Of a DNA stretch of 64,000 bases, positions 27,073-36,314 are shown piece after piece. This stretch comes from Candidatus Eiseniibacteriota bacterium (GTDB taxonomy: Bacteria > Eisenbacteria > RBG-16-71-46): NCBI GenBank assembly GCA_963744995.1, contig CAVUWA010000003.1:96001-160000 (forward strand), given 5' to 3'. Each line of letters starts with the position of its first letter. Within the stretch, counting starts at the first letter, position 1. Under the pieces are notes generated by a model that saw only the letters and a list, made by a program, of their open reading frames with translations, made no database searches and was not told the DNA's origin. Both the position numbers and the translations under genes were made by a program.

Positions 27073-27731
27073 CAGGGCCCCCCGTATTCGAAGCCGAAGT
27101 GAACGCCGAGATCGCCGCCTTTGTAGCCTTCGGGGAGCGGAGGCAGCGGATTGCTGATCGCGACGGCGCGCAGCGCCGAACGGTCGAAGAAATCGCGTCC
27201 GCTCGCGTTCTCGACGCCGACCCCGATGATCGACCCGTCGCGCGCGATCTTGAAGTAGATCACCGCGCGCACCGGCTGGCCGCCGGTGACGAGGCCGCTC
27301 GGCGGGGTCCAGCTCTGCGCGATGCGGTTGCGAACGAGGAGCAGGTAGTAGGTGAACTCGAAATCGGAGGCGTCGACGGACACCGCGCCCGAAAGCCCCG
27401 AGTTGCCGACCCTGGCGTACGGCACGTTGGGCGAATGCGGCGCGGTCTCCTGCTGTTTCTCGGGCTCCTCCGCCTTCGGCTTCGGCTTCGGTTTGGGCGG
27501 CGAGATCTTCACGCCGGACTCCTCGACCGGCTCGATCTTCGGCGCCTCCTTCTCCGGCTCGCGTGGCTTCGGTGCCGGCGGCGGCATGGCCGGGCGCAGT
27601 GCCGGAGCGTCGTAGAGCGCGACCTGGACCACGTCGCCGGGCACGATGAGCGGCGCCGAGTATTTCACCGCGAACAGGATGATGAGCCCGACGAGATGGA
27701 CGACCGCCGAGCCGACGATGGAGGCGCGCAT
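27072..27731 (-). CDS. Short TolA/TonB-type energy transducer
   Basis: TM helix with SxxxH, Pro/Lys/Glu-rich spacer, TonB_2 C-domain (SGRDFFDRSALRAV...PLPPLP). Confidence 0.85.
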   Translation of the reverse strand: MRASIVGSAVVHLVGLIILFAVKYSAPLIVPGDVVQVALYDAPALRPAMPPPAPKPREPEKEAPKIEPVEESGVKISPPKPKPKPKAEEPEKQQETAPHSPNVPYARVGNSGLSGAVSVDASDFEFTYYLLLVRNRIAQSWTPPSGLVTGGQPVRAVIYFKIARDGSIIGVGVENASGRDFFDRSALRAVAISNPLPPLPEGYKGGDLGVHFGFEYGGP

Positions 27732-27738
27732 CCGCGGA

Positions 27739-28140
27739 TCACCTCTTCCTCGCGGGCGGTTCCGTCACGAGTCCCAGGGAGGACACGCCCGCCGCGCGCA
27801 TGCGCGAGATGAGCTCCACGATCGTGCCGTACGGCACGCCCTGGTCGGCACGCAGGAACACCGGCCGCTGCGCCGCGCCTGCCGAAGCCAGCGCCTTCTC
27901 GAAGTTTTCGATCGGCACCTTCTGGCGCCCGACCGCAATCGTGCGATCGGACTTCACGCTGACGATCAGGCCCTCGCGCACGTCGAGACCGCGGGAGGCG
28001 ACCTTCGGCAGGTCGATGTCGAGTCCGCCCTGAAGGAACGGGGCCGTGACCATGAAGATGATGAGCAGCACGAGCACCACGTCGACGAGCGGCGTGACGT
28101 TGATCTCCGCCATCGGCTGGCGGGGCGCACCGAGCTTCAT
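27739..28140 (-). CDS. tolR: TolR/ExbD
   Basis: [40 protein letters not shown]. Confidence 0.93.
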   Translation of the reverse strand: MKLGAPRQPMAEINVTPLVDVVLVLLIIFMVTAPFLQGGLDIDLPKVASRGLDVREGLIVSVKSDRTIAVGRQKVPIENFEKALASAGAAQRPVFLRADQGVPYGTIVELISRMRAAGVSSLGLVTEPPARKR

Positions 28141-28877
28141 CAGGCCGTTTCCTGCAGCCGGGCCGCGGACTTCGCCGGTCCCGTCGCGGGCGCGACGCGA
28201 CGGTCGAGGAATTCCGTGGCGAACGCGGCCATCTGGTTGCTCAGCTCGCGCAGCCGCTGCAGGAAATGGTTGTAGCCGACCACAGCGGGAATCGCGGCCG
28301 CGAGCCCGGCGACCGTGGCGATCAGCGCCTCGGCGATTCCGGGCGCCACCACGACGAGCGATGCCGACCCCTGTGCGCCGATGTTGAGGAACGACATCAT
28401 CACGCCCCAGACCGTGCCCATGAGGCCGATGAACGGCGACACGCTGCCGGTCGTGGCGAGGAAGCCCAGGTGACGCTCCAGCTTCGCCGCCTCGTCGTTC
28501 GCCGTGCGCTCCATGGCGCGCTGCGCCAGGTCATAGCGGGCCGACCAGGACATGGTCTCGCCGGAAGGATGCTTCTCGAGCGAGCGCTGCCCGGCGAGCG
28601 CCACCTGAGCGACGACGCTCAGCGGGTGCTGCTCGCAGACGAGCCGGCAGTCGGCGCCCGACTGCAGCCGTCGGAACGCCATCGCGAACGCCTGATCCGC
28701 CTTCATCACCCGTGCGAACAATCGCGAGCGATTCCAGATGATCGCCCACGAATACACGGAGAGCACGAGCAGGATGACGAGGATCGCCTTGGCGAACAGG
28801 CTAGAGTTGGCGATCAGCGCGGGAACGGAGGCCCGCAGGCCGCCACCCAGCTGGAGGATCAGAACGTCGAGGGCCAT
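28140..28877 (-). CDS. tolQ: TolQ/ExbB proton-channel subunit
   Basis: [49 protein letters not shown] before ATG 28877. Confidence 0.93.
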   Translation of the reverse strand: MALDVLILQLGGGLRASVPALIANSSLFAKAILVILLVLSVYSWAIIWNRSRLFARVMKADQAFAMAFRRLQSGADCRLVCEQHPLSVVAQVALAGQRSLEKHPSGETMSWSARYDLAQRAMERTANDEAAKLERHLGFLATTGSVSPFIGLMGTVWGVMMSFLNIGAQGSASLVVVAPGIAEALIATVAGLAAAIPAVVGYNHFLQRLRELSNQMAAFATEFLDRRVAPATGPAKSAARLQETA

Positions 28878-28971
28878 CGGCTTCACGCTCCTTGTGAAGA
28901 CGGGCAGGAAGGATCCCACCGCGAAATGATGCGCATCGTGTGCACGCTGTGATTGTGTGGGAAGCGTCGGG

Positions 28972-29001
28972 ACGCTAGCACAGCCCCCCCCAGTTCCTCA
29001 A
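28972..29001 (-). promoter_or_regulatory. sigma70-type promoter of the tol-pal operon
   Basis: TTGAGG-18 nt-(TG-C)TAGCGT. Confidence 0.5.
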
Positions 29002-29344
29002 GAAGAACAACGACTTCCGGGCCTGGACCGCAGTCCGCGCACCCGGTCGCGAGGCCGGGCCGCAAAGGCGGGGTCGGGACGGTCCGCCCGCGCGCCCCCC
29101 GGCTCGAGCTCCCGGACGAACCTCCCCCCGCTCCCCTCCATACCCCGCACGCCGCGCGGCATTCCCCCCGATTCGCGCGGCACCCCGCCGATTCGAGCGT
29201 GCCCGCGCGCGAAGCGCGTCAAGCCCCTGAAAATCCTCGCTCCCGCGCTTCCACACGCTGCGTCTCAGGGTTAGTGTTTCGCTTCCTGCGTCCCCGACCG
29301 GGACAGTGCGAGCGTCCGTCACCGCTTTGATCGAGGTTCAGTCC

Positions 29345-29866
29345 ATGAAATGGCAACGCCTTGCGCTCTTCACCGCACCCCTCCTGATCGCCGCCGCCGC
29401 GGTGCAACCCGTCGATTCGATCGGCGCCGCCAGGGCGCGCCATCCGAAGGCGAAGCTCGCGCCGGACTTCTCGATCGCCTCGCTCGGCGGCAAGACCGTT
29501 CACCTCGAGAAGCTCAAGGGGCACCCGGTCATCGTCGACTTCTGGGCTACCTGGTGTGCGCCCTGCCGCTACGCGATGCCGCATCTGCAGGCCATGCAGG
29601 ACCGCTACGGCAAGGGCCAGGACGGGCTCGTCGTGATCGGCGTGTCCGTGGATGACATGGAGCCGGAGGGCGTGCAGAAGTATGTCGATCGCCTCGGCGT
29701 CAAGTTCCAGATCGCGATAGCCAGCGAGGAGATGCTCGACGCCTACGGCCCGCTGCGCGCGCTGCCCACCACGTTCTTCATCAACCGTGACGGCGAGGTC
29801 GTCCGGCGCGTCGTCGGCTACATCGACGAAGAGACGCTCGACGGGTACGTGCGCGAACTCCAGTAG
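29345..29866 (+). CDS. TlpA/ResA-like exported thiol-disulfide oxidoreductase
   Basis: Signal peptide; APDF, VDFWATWCAPC, LPTTFFINRDG. Confidence 0.92.
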   Translation: MKWQRLALFTAPLLIAAAAVQPVDSIGAARARHPKAKLAPDFSIASLGGKTVHLEKLKGHPVIVDFWATWCAPCRYAMPHLQAMQDRYGKGQDGLVVIGVSVDDMEPEGVQKYVDRLGVKFQIAIASEEMLDAYGPLRALPTTFFINRDGEVVRRVVGYIDEETLDGYVRELQ

Positions 29867-29914
29867 CGCGGGCGGGCGACCGCCGTCCGCGCCGGAGACT
29901 GGACGCAAGACAAG

Positions 29915-29940
29915 AAGGCCACGCGCATCGCGTGGCCTTT
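29915..29940. terminator. Hairpin between the convergent tlpA-like gene and tRNA-Leu (likely bidirectional terminator)
   Basis: AAGGCCACGCG-CAT-CGCGTGGCCTT perfect inverted repeat with short T runs on both strands. Confidence 0.65.
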
Positions 29941-29949
29941 CGTCGTGAA

Positions 29950-30034
<85 letters not shown>

Positions 30035-30056
30035 ACGACGTCCTGTCCGTCCTCGA

Positions 30057-30452
30057 TTACTTGTTGCCGGCGCCTCCGCCGTTCTGGCCGCCCGACGGCG
30101 TCGTGCCGCTGCCGGTCGGGGGCTGGCTCGGGGTGGTGAGCGGTGCGGGCGCCGGGGCCGGCGCGGGCGCCGAGCGGGCGCGCTGGGCCTGCTCTTGAAG
30201 GAGGCTCTTCGGTGCGCTCTTCAGTCCCGACGTCATGAGGGCGAGCACCAGCGAGGTCAGGAAGAACAGTCCGCCGAGGATGATCGTCGAGCGCGTGACG
30301 ACGTCGGTCGCGCCGCGCCCGCCGAAGACGGTCTGAGCGCTGCCGCCGAACGCGCCGCCGGTGAGGCCGCCGCCCTTGCCGGACTGGACGAGGACGATCG
30401 CGACCAGCGCCAGGCTGATCAGGATGTGGAAGACCAGAAGTACACCGTACAT
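30057..30452 (-). CDS. secG: Preprotein translocase subunit SecG
   Basis: VLVQSGKGGGL..AFGG...FGGRGA; two TM helices; Pro-rich tail. Confidence 0.95.
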   Translation of the reverse strand: MYGVLLVFHILISLALVAIVLVQSGKGGGLTGGAFGGSAQTVFGGRGATDVVTRSTIILGGLFFLTSLVLALMTSGLKSAPKSLLQEQAQRARSAPAPAPAPAPLTTPSQPPTGSGTTPSGGQNGGGAGNK

Positions 30453-30510
30453 GTCGAGGTTTCCTGAGTTCGCGGGTGATGCCGGCCGGACCGGCTCGAA
30501 ACGGGCGGCA

Positions 30511-30539
30511 AGGTTAGCAACGGGGCCCGGGGGCGTCAA
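30511..30539 (-). promoter_or_regulatory. sigma70-type promoter for secG-tRNA-Leu
   Basis: TTGACG-17 nt-(TG-C)TAACCT. Confidence 0.6.
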
Positions 30540-30578
30540 CCGCCGCGCCCGGGTCTCGACCGGGGCCGGTGGATGTGC

Positions 30579-31357
30579 TCAGGCCGCACTGCCGGCCGCC
30601 GCCACGATGCGCCAGAACGAGGCCGCTTCGAGCGAAGCACCGCCCACCAGCGCGCCGTCGATCTCCGGCTCGGCGAACAGTTCTGCGGCGTTGTCGGGCT
30701 TGACGCTGCCACCGTAGAGGATCGCCACGTCGGCCCCGACCCCCGGGCCGACCACCCGGTCGAGCGTGGCACGCACGATCGCGTGCGCCTCGCGCGCCTG
30801 GGCGACCGTCGCCACCTTGCCGGTGCCGATCGCCCAGACCGGCTCGTAGGCGACCACGGTGGCCCGCGCGGCGTCGGCCGTCAGCCCGTCGTAGGCGGCC
30901 CGCACCTGCCGCACCAGCACCTCGGCGGTGCGTTCCGACTGGCGCTCCTCGAGCGTCTCGCCCACGCATGCGATCGGCGTCAGCCCGTCGCGCTGCGCGG
31001 CGCGCAGCTTGCGGGCCACGTCGGCGTCGGTCTCCCCCATGACGTGACGGCGCTCGGAATGCCCGACGATGACGAAGCGGCAGCCGAGCGCGGCGATCAT
31101 GCCGCCCGCGATCTCTCCCGTGAAGGCGCCCTTCGGCTCCGCGTGCAGGTTCTGGGCGCCGAGGTGGACCCCGCTTCGCTCGAGACGCGCCGCGACCGCG
31201 GCGAGCCCGGTGAACGGGGGGCACACGGCGATCGCCGCGCGCGTACCGGGCTGGATCAGCGCGGCCAGCTCGCCCGCGAGCGCGGCGCCCGCTGCGGGGC
31301 TGGTGTGCATCTTCCAGTTGCCGGCGACGAGGCGCGGCCGCCTGGGCCATGCGCCGC

Positions 31358-31361
<4 letters not shown>
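30579..31361 (-). CDS. tpiA: Triosephosphate isomerase
   Basis: AGNWKM, GHSERR, AYEPVWAIGTG, YGGSV, LVGGASL. Confidence 0.98.
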
Positions 31362-32577
<1,216 letters not shown>

Positions 32578-32578
<1 letters not shown>

Positions 32579-33579
32579 CACGCCATCTTCAACAGCGCGT
32601 CGACCACGCGGTTCGAGAAGCCCCATTCGTTGTCGTACCAAGAGAGGACCTTGACCATGTCGCCGGCCATCACGTTGGTCGAGAGCGAATCGAAGATGCT
32701 GCTGTGCGGATTGCCGATCACGTCCGTCGACACCAGCGGGTCCACGGAGTACTCGAGAATGCCCTTCATCGGTCCGTTCGCGGCCTTCTGCATCGCGGTG
32801 TTGACCTCGGCCACGCTGGTGCTCTTCTTCACCCGGCAGACCAGGTCCACCACCGAGCCGTCCATGACCGGGGCGCGCACGGCGAGACCGTCCAGCTTGC
32901 CCTTCATCTCCGGCAGCACCTCGCCGATCGCGCGCGCGGCGCCGGTGCTGGTCGGAATCAGGTTCTGCGCGGCCGCCCGGGCACGGCGCAGATCCTTGTG
33001 CGGCAGGTCGAGGATCCGCTGATCGTTGGTATAGGCATGGATCGTGGTCATCAGACCGTGATCGATGCCGAACGTGTCGTTGAGGACCTTCACCACCGGC
33101 GCCAGGCAGTTCGTCGTGCACGAGCCGATGCTGACGATCTGATGCTTCTTCGCATCGAAGTCGGCGTCGTTGACGCCGAACACGAACGTGAGGTCGATGC
33201 CGCCCTTCCCCGGTGCCGAGATCAGTACGCTGCGCGCGCCCGCCTCGAGATGTTGCGCCGCCCCGGCGCGATCGGTGAACTTGCCGGTGGACTCGAGCAC
33301 CGCGTCCACGCCGAGCGATTTCCACGGCAGCTTCGCCGGTTCCCTCTCGGCGAGCACCTGAATCTTCTTTCCCGCGACCTGCAGATGGCCGTCGGCCGCC
33401 GGGCCGGCGTCGGTCCATGTGCGGTGCACGGTGTCGTAGCGGAGCAGGTGCGCGAGGGTCTTCGCGTCGGTGATGTCGTTGACGGCCACGAACTCGAGCG
33501 GCGCCTTGCGCTGAATCGCGGCGCGGACGACCAGCCGCCCGATGCGGCCGAAGCCGTTGATGCCTACACGGAGTGCCAT
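32578..33579 (-). CDS. gap: Type I glyceraldehyde-3-phosphate dehydrogenase
   Basis: GINGFGRIGR, SCTTNCLAP, STGAA, WYDNEWG. Confidence 0.98.
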
Positions 33580-33738
33580 GGATGTCTCCCGAAGGAAGGG
33601 TCCGGGAGGCCGTCACGCCGGTGGCGGCCGCGGCGGGGACGATGTCCCGCCGGGTAGTCCGCCCGAAACACGGGCGGCGTCGCGACGACCCGGACCGCCA
33701 AAGTCATACGCAGGAATGGGTTCACGGATCGGGGACGG

Positions 33739-33767
33739 ACTATGCAGTAAGCCGCAGAGAGGGTCAA
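33739..33767 (-). promoter_or_regulatory. sigma70-type promoter of gap-pgk-tpiA
   Basis: TTGACC-17 nt-CATAGT. Confidence 0.5.
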
Positions 33768-33813
33768 GGTCGCACGCGCCGGTGCGACCAACGGCGTATC
33801 CGCCCGCGAACCG

Positions 33814-35301
33814 CTATTCCGTCGAGTAGCGCAGGGTGTAGTGGCCTAGCCCCTGATCATCCACGAACAGGAACATCAGCCGCCTGCGGCGCACGTTGGC
33901 CGCGACCTCGGGATCCGCGTCGGGCGGCGGCGGAATGTTGCCCTCGTAGATCCACACCTCGAATGGGCGCATGTCGCCACCGAGGCCCGGCTGCTGCAGG
34001 TGCTCCGGCGAGCGGTCCTCTTCGGCGGCGATCTGCTGGATCATCTGCTTCAGCGTCTCGTCACCGGCGGGGATCACCTGCTGCAGGATCTCCGTCGGCT
34101 CGCCGTAGCGGATGTACACGCGGCCGCGGTCGGAGAACATGCCCTTCTCGAGGCCGGGCCGGGTGAAGTTCTGGTTGGCGTAGTCGATGCGGCGCAGGTA
34201 GGTCTCGCGCGCCTCGTTGCCGGGGCGATCGGGGTCGGGATCACGCTTTTCCCAGAAGTCCTCGAGAAAGCGCTCCTGCTCACCCGGGTGCAGCGACATG
34301 AACGCCTCCTCCGCTTCGCTCGTGGACAGGAGCAGATGGACGTGATCTTCGATGTCACGCGGGCTCGCCAGCCACGACGCCTTCTTCCATGCGATGCTGA
34401 AGTGCGCTCTGCGCGTGAGTGCCCCTTCGTCGCCCACCTGCCATGCCTTCACCTCGAGGTCGTAGCCTCCGGCCGGCAGGCCCTCGAGCCCCATGGCGAG
34501 CGTCGCGTCGAGACGCCGCCCCGCGGGACCGCCGCTGTCGGCCTCCGCCACGACGTGTGCGTCACGATCGTAGACGCGGCCCACCCAGCGCCACGGACGG
34601 CCCGCGGAGTCCTCACGTGCGCGCGCGGCGAAGCTGGCCCGCAGCGTCGGCTGCAGCAATCCGTACAGGCGCTCGGCGTTGGGCACGAGCGCCGTCGTGA
34701 TCTGCCCCTGTGCACCGAGGGTCCCCGGTCGTTCCGACCACACGAACTCGATTTCGGAGATGTCGCGCTCCGCCTGCGCCCGCGGAATCTGGACCGCGCC
34801 GCGAATCTCCGCCGATTCGTGGACCTCCCGCCCCATGTAGATGAGACCGCGCTTGCGTGACATGAGGTCCTCGACCTTCACCTCGAGACGGACGGGGCCC
34901 GGGTGCACGGGGAACGTCACCGTCGCCACCTTGCCGAGCCCTTCGACGACCTGGCTCGAATCGACCTCGATGTCCTCGCGCCACTCCTGCGATCCCCTGG
35001 CGCCACGGATCCGCGTCTCGATCGAGAGCCGGGCGCCGCCCGTCTCCGGATCGCGTGACAGGTTGTTGAGGGTCGCCGGCGGAATGCGCACGAACAGCCG
35101 CAGCCGATGCCCGGTGTCGGCGTCCGGGAACGTGGCGGCGTCCACCGTGAAGCCGACGCGGCCGCCTACCCGCCAGGGCAGGTCACCGGGTTCGTCACGC
35201 TGCGCGACCGCGGCACGTGGCGCGGCGAACGTGCACAGGGCCAGCCCGAAAAGCAGACGCGCTCCCCGCGGGGAGCGCGTCCATTTCATCGTTCGCATCA
35301 T
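33814..35301 (-). CDS. Exported GWxTD-domain protein (variant motif GMFSDRG)
   Basis: Signal peptide; FWEKRDPDP...NEARETYLRRIDYAN...GMFSDRGRVYIRYGEP...EVWIY...FLFVD. Confidence 0.8.
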   Translation of the reverse strand: MMRTMKWTRSPRGARLLFGLALCTFAAPRAAVAQRDEPGDLPWRVGGRVGFTVDAATFPDADTGHRLRLFVRIPPATLNNLSRDPETGGARLSIETRIRGARGSQEWREDIEVDSSQVVEGLGKVATVTFPVHPGPVRLEVKVEDLMSRKRGLIYMGREVHESAEIRGAVQIPRAQAERDISEIEFVWSERPGTLGAQGQITTALVPNAERLYGLLQPTLRASFAARAREDSAGRPWRWVGRVYDRDAHVVAEADSGGPAGRRLDATLAMGLEGLPAGGYDLEVKAWQVGDEGALTRRAHFSIAWKKASWLASPRDIEDHVHLLLSTSEAEEAFMSLHPGEQERFLEDFWEKRDPDPDRPGNEARETYLRRIDYANQNFTRPGLEKGMFSDRGRVYIRYGEPTEILQQVIPAGDETLKQMIQQIAAEEDRSPEHLQQPGLGGDMRPFEVWIYEGNIPPPPDADPEVAANVRRRRLMFLFVDDQGLGHYTLRYSTE

Positions 35302-35335
35302 CGTGCCATTTCCTGCACGCCGGGTCGGGGCGCGT

Positions 35336-36286
35336 TCAGAACAGGAACCGGAGCGAGAACCGGTGCGAGCCTCCGAGATCGAGCATGTCGGTGTAGGCGT
35401 AGTCGAGATCCGCCTTGCCCACGACCGACACGGGGAAGTGGAACCCCACGCCGCCGGCCAGCCCTTCGGAGTCGTAGTTGATGTTGTAGCCGCCGCGCAG
35501 ATAGACGAATTTGCGGAAGTCGTACTCGGCGCCCACGTTCAGACGCTCTGCGTTGTCCGGTGGGTGCGAGAACTCGAACGAGCCGATCAGCTTGTGCTCC
35601 GGGCCGTTCATCAGCACCGCCGAAGTGCCGACGCGGAAGATCGCCGGGATGCGCGCCTCACGATCGATGAACTGGATCTGCGAACCGATGTTCGAGATCG
35701 CCATGCCGATCCGCATGCCGAGCGTCCCGACGTCGTAGAGCGTGCCGACGTCGAACGCAAATGTCTGCTGCGAGAATTCGGCGAGACCCTCGTGCACGAA
35801 GTTGCCCGTGATGCCCGCGCTGAATTTGTCGGTGAAGAAACGCGCATACGTGAACCCCGCCGTCAGCATGCCGGCATCGAAGGTGCGGCCGGTGCCGACG
35901 AGTGGATCGGGCTGGTACGCCGTCGTTTCGACCATGGGATCCATGGTGAGGGCGCGTGCATGCACGCCGAAGGCGCCGGGAATGCTCTTGACGTGGAACA
36001 CGTACCCGATCTGGTCGAACGACAGCTCGGCCGGCCAGCTGGCGTGATTGAAAGACAACTCGGACTTGTCCGGATCGATGCGGGCGATCCCCGCGGCGTT
36101 CCAGAACAGCGCGGTGGCATCGTCGGCGACACCGACGAACGCGCCTCCCATACCCGCGGCGCGTGCGCCTACACCGATCTTCAGAAACTGGCCGTCGAAC
36201 GTCCCGACCTTCTCGAAAATGGCGGCGCCGGCCGTCGCGGGAACGAGGGCAGCCACCAGGCCGAGAGCGGCGACGTATCTCTTCAC
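35336..36286 (-). CDS. PorV/PorQ (UPF0164)-family outer-membrane beta-barrel
   Basis: Signal peptide; QFLKIGVGARAAGMGGAF, ALFWNAAG, AFDVGTLY, YLRGGY, DYAY, HRFSLRFLF; AGGAGG RBS before GTG. Confidence 0.85.
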   Translation of the reverse strand: MKRYVAALGLVAALVPATAGAAIFEKVGTFDGQFLKIGVGARAAGMGGAFVGVADDATALFWNAAGIARIDPDKSELSFNHASWPAELSFDQIGYVFHVKSIPGAFGVHARALTMDPMVETTAYQPDPLVGTGRTFDAGMLTAGFTYARFFTDKFSAGITGNFVHEGLAEFSQQTFAFDVGTLYDVGTLGMRIGMAISNIGSQIQFIDREARIPAIFRVGTSAVLMNGPEHKLIGSFEFSHPPDNAERLNVGAEYDFRKFVYLRGGYNINYDSEGLAGGVGFHFPVSVVGKADLDYAYTDMLDLGGSHRFSLRFLF

Positions 36287-36314
36287 CTTGGTCCCTCCTT
36301 CGCGGATCCCGACC

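Noticed and set aside
29010..29240. Short imperfect direct repeat (CGCGGCA...CCGATTCG twice) and C-rich tracts in the tolQ-tlpA intergenic region
   Set aside because: Only two degenerate copies in very GC-rich DNA; cannot be distinguished from chance.
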